The position numbers and the translations under genes were made by a program. This document shows, piece by piece, positions 1-282 of a stretch of 282 nucleotides of DNA. Source of the DNA: a phage. The first letter of the stretch is position 1. Each line of letters starts with the position of its first letter. The stretch lies in the sequence record X15720.1; one strand, 5' to 3'. The notes beneath the pieces are model-generated. The model saw only the letters and a list, made by a program, of their open reading frames with translations, did no database searches and had not been told where the DNA came from.

Positions 1-203
1 CAATTGAAATGTCTGTTGGTTCTGGTGGTGTTTGTTCTGCTCGCGATTGTGCTACTGTTGATATTCATCCTCGTACTTCTGGTAATAATGTTTTTGTTGG
101 TGTGATTTGTTCTAGCGCTAAATGGACCTCCGGTCGTGTGATTGGTACCATCGCTACGACTCAGGTTATTCATGAATACCAAGTCCTTCAGCCGCTTAAA
201 TAA
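1..203 (+). CDS. G: Major spike protein G of a phiX174-like microvirus (Bullavirinae), C-terminal ~66 codons; 5'-partial, continuing upstream of the window
   Basis: The frame is open from the window edge (first complete codon at 3-5: att gaa atg...) to TAA at 201-203, so ATG 9-11 is probably internal. The translation [20 protein letters not shown] (42-101) resembles the phiX174 G block [20 protein letters not shown] as I recall it, with about 13 of 20 identical. The ending QVI...LQPLK-stop (186-203) matches the phiX174 G terminus (ctc cag cca ctt aag tga there; ctt cag ccg ctt aaa taa here). The middle (102-185) is divergent, so this is a homolog, not phiX174 itself. Codon usage is strongly T-ending (Gly 7/7 GGT, Cys 3/3 TGT, Val mostly GTT), typical of the microvirus viral strand. 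The comparison is from memory, not a database search. Confidence 0.82.
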
Positions 204-282
204 AAGGCTGCCGCACTCCCGGTTAGATGCCTGCCCAGTGTAGGGCAGCCGATAAACTAGGAACGTGGAAGGCGTTAGCCGC
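204..282 (+). other. Noncoding region between gene G and the next gene (probably G-H intergenic); candidate complementary-strand origin region
   Basis: No credible start codon with a ribosome-binding site in 79 nt after the G stop, whereas in phiX174 gene H starts about 11 nt after the G stop. GC content is about 60% by my count (48/79), against a T-rich coding region. It contains the stem-loop and two CTG trinucleotides (208-210, 231-233). The origin assignment is inference. Confidence 0.3.
229..250 (+). other. GC-rich stem-loop in the intergenic region downstream of gene G; candidate origin-associated or weak terminator hairpin
   Basis: Inverted repeat: ctgccc (231-236) pairs with gggcag (243-248) around a 6-nt loop agtgta (237-242), plus an outer g229-c250 pair after a c230/c249 mismatch. 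No T-run follows (251-260 is gataaactag), so it is not a canonical rho-independent terminator. Confidence 0.5.

Noticed and set aside
1-149. Restriction-site palindromes CAATTG (1-6) and GGTACC (144-149)
   Set aside because: Short 6-bp palindromes are expected by chance and have no supporting context for a biological role.
9-203. Standalone small Gly/Cys-rich peptide, such as a microcin or bacteriocin precursor or a RiPP core peptide, starting at ATG 9
   Set aside because: The reading frame is open upstream to the window edge, and the sequence aligns to the C-terminus of microvirus spike protein G, including the identical LQPLK-stop ending. A truncated structural gene is the simpler explanation.
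229-260. Canonical rho-independent terminator after gene G
   Set aside because: The hairpin is present but is not followed by a T-tract. A weak or inefficient terminator, as described for phiX174 transcription, cannot be excluded, so this remains an alternative in the feature call rather than a firm annotation.
227-282. ATG at 227-229 opening a frame that runs to the 3' edge (MPAQCRAADKLGTWKALA...), possible start of gene H
   Set aside because: No Shine-Dalgarno-like sequence upstream, the ATG lies inside the hairpin stem region, the codon usage is not T-ending like the gene G frame, and the peptide does not resemble the Gly/Ala-rich N-terminus of microvirus H proteins that I recall.
1-282. 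Reverse-strand coding potential
   Set aside because: No reverse-strand ORF appears in the six-frame track, and microviruses encode all genes on the viral strand.

Overview
The window is best explained as a fragment of a phiX174-like ssDNA phage genome (family Microviridae, subfamily Bullavirinae). Positions 1-203 (+) are the 3' end of gene G, the major spike protein, and positions 204-282 are GC-rich noncoding sequence downstream of it with stem-loop potential and no start for the next gene. The listed 64-aa ORF is only the tail of a longer reading frame that runs off the 5' edge; its ATG at 9-11 is an internal Met. Identification rests on recalled similarity to the phiX174 G C-terminus (a conserved block and an identical LQPLK-stop ending) and on extreme T-ending codon bias; no search could be run. 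I see no supportable evidence for an undescribed biological system here; the most interesting element is the structured intergenic region, which may be a complementary-strand origin or a weak terminator.
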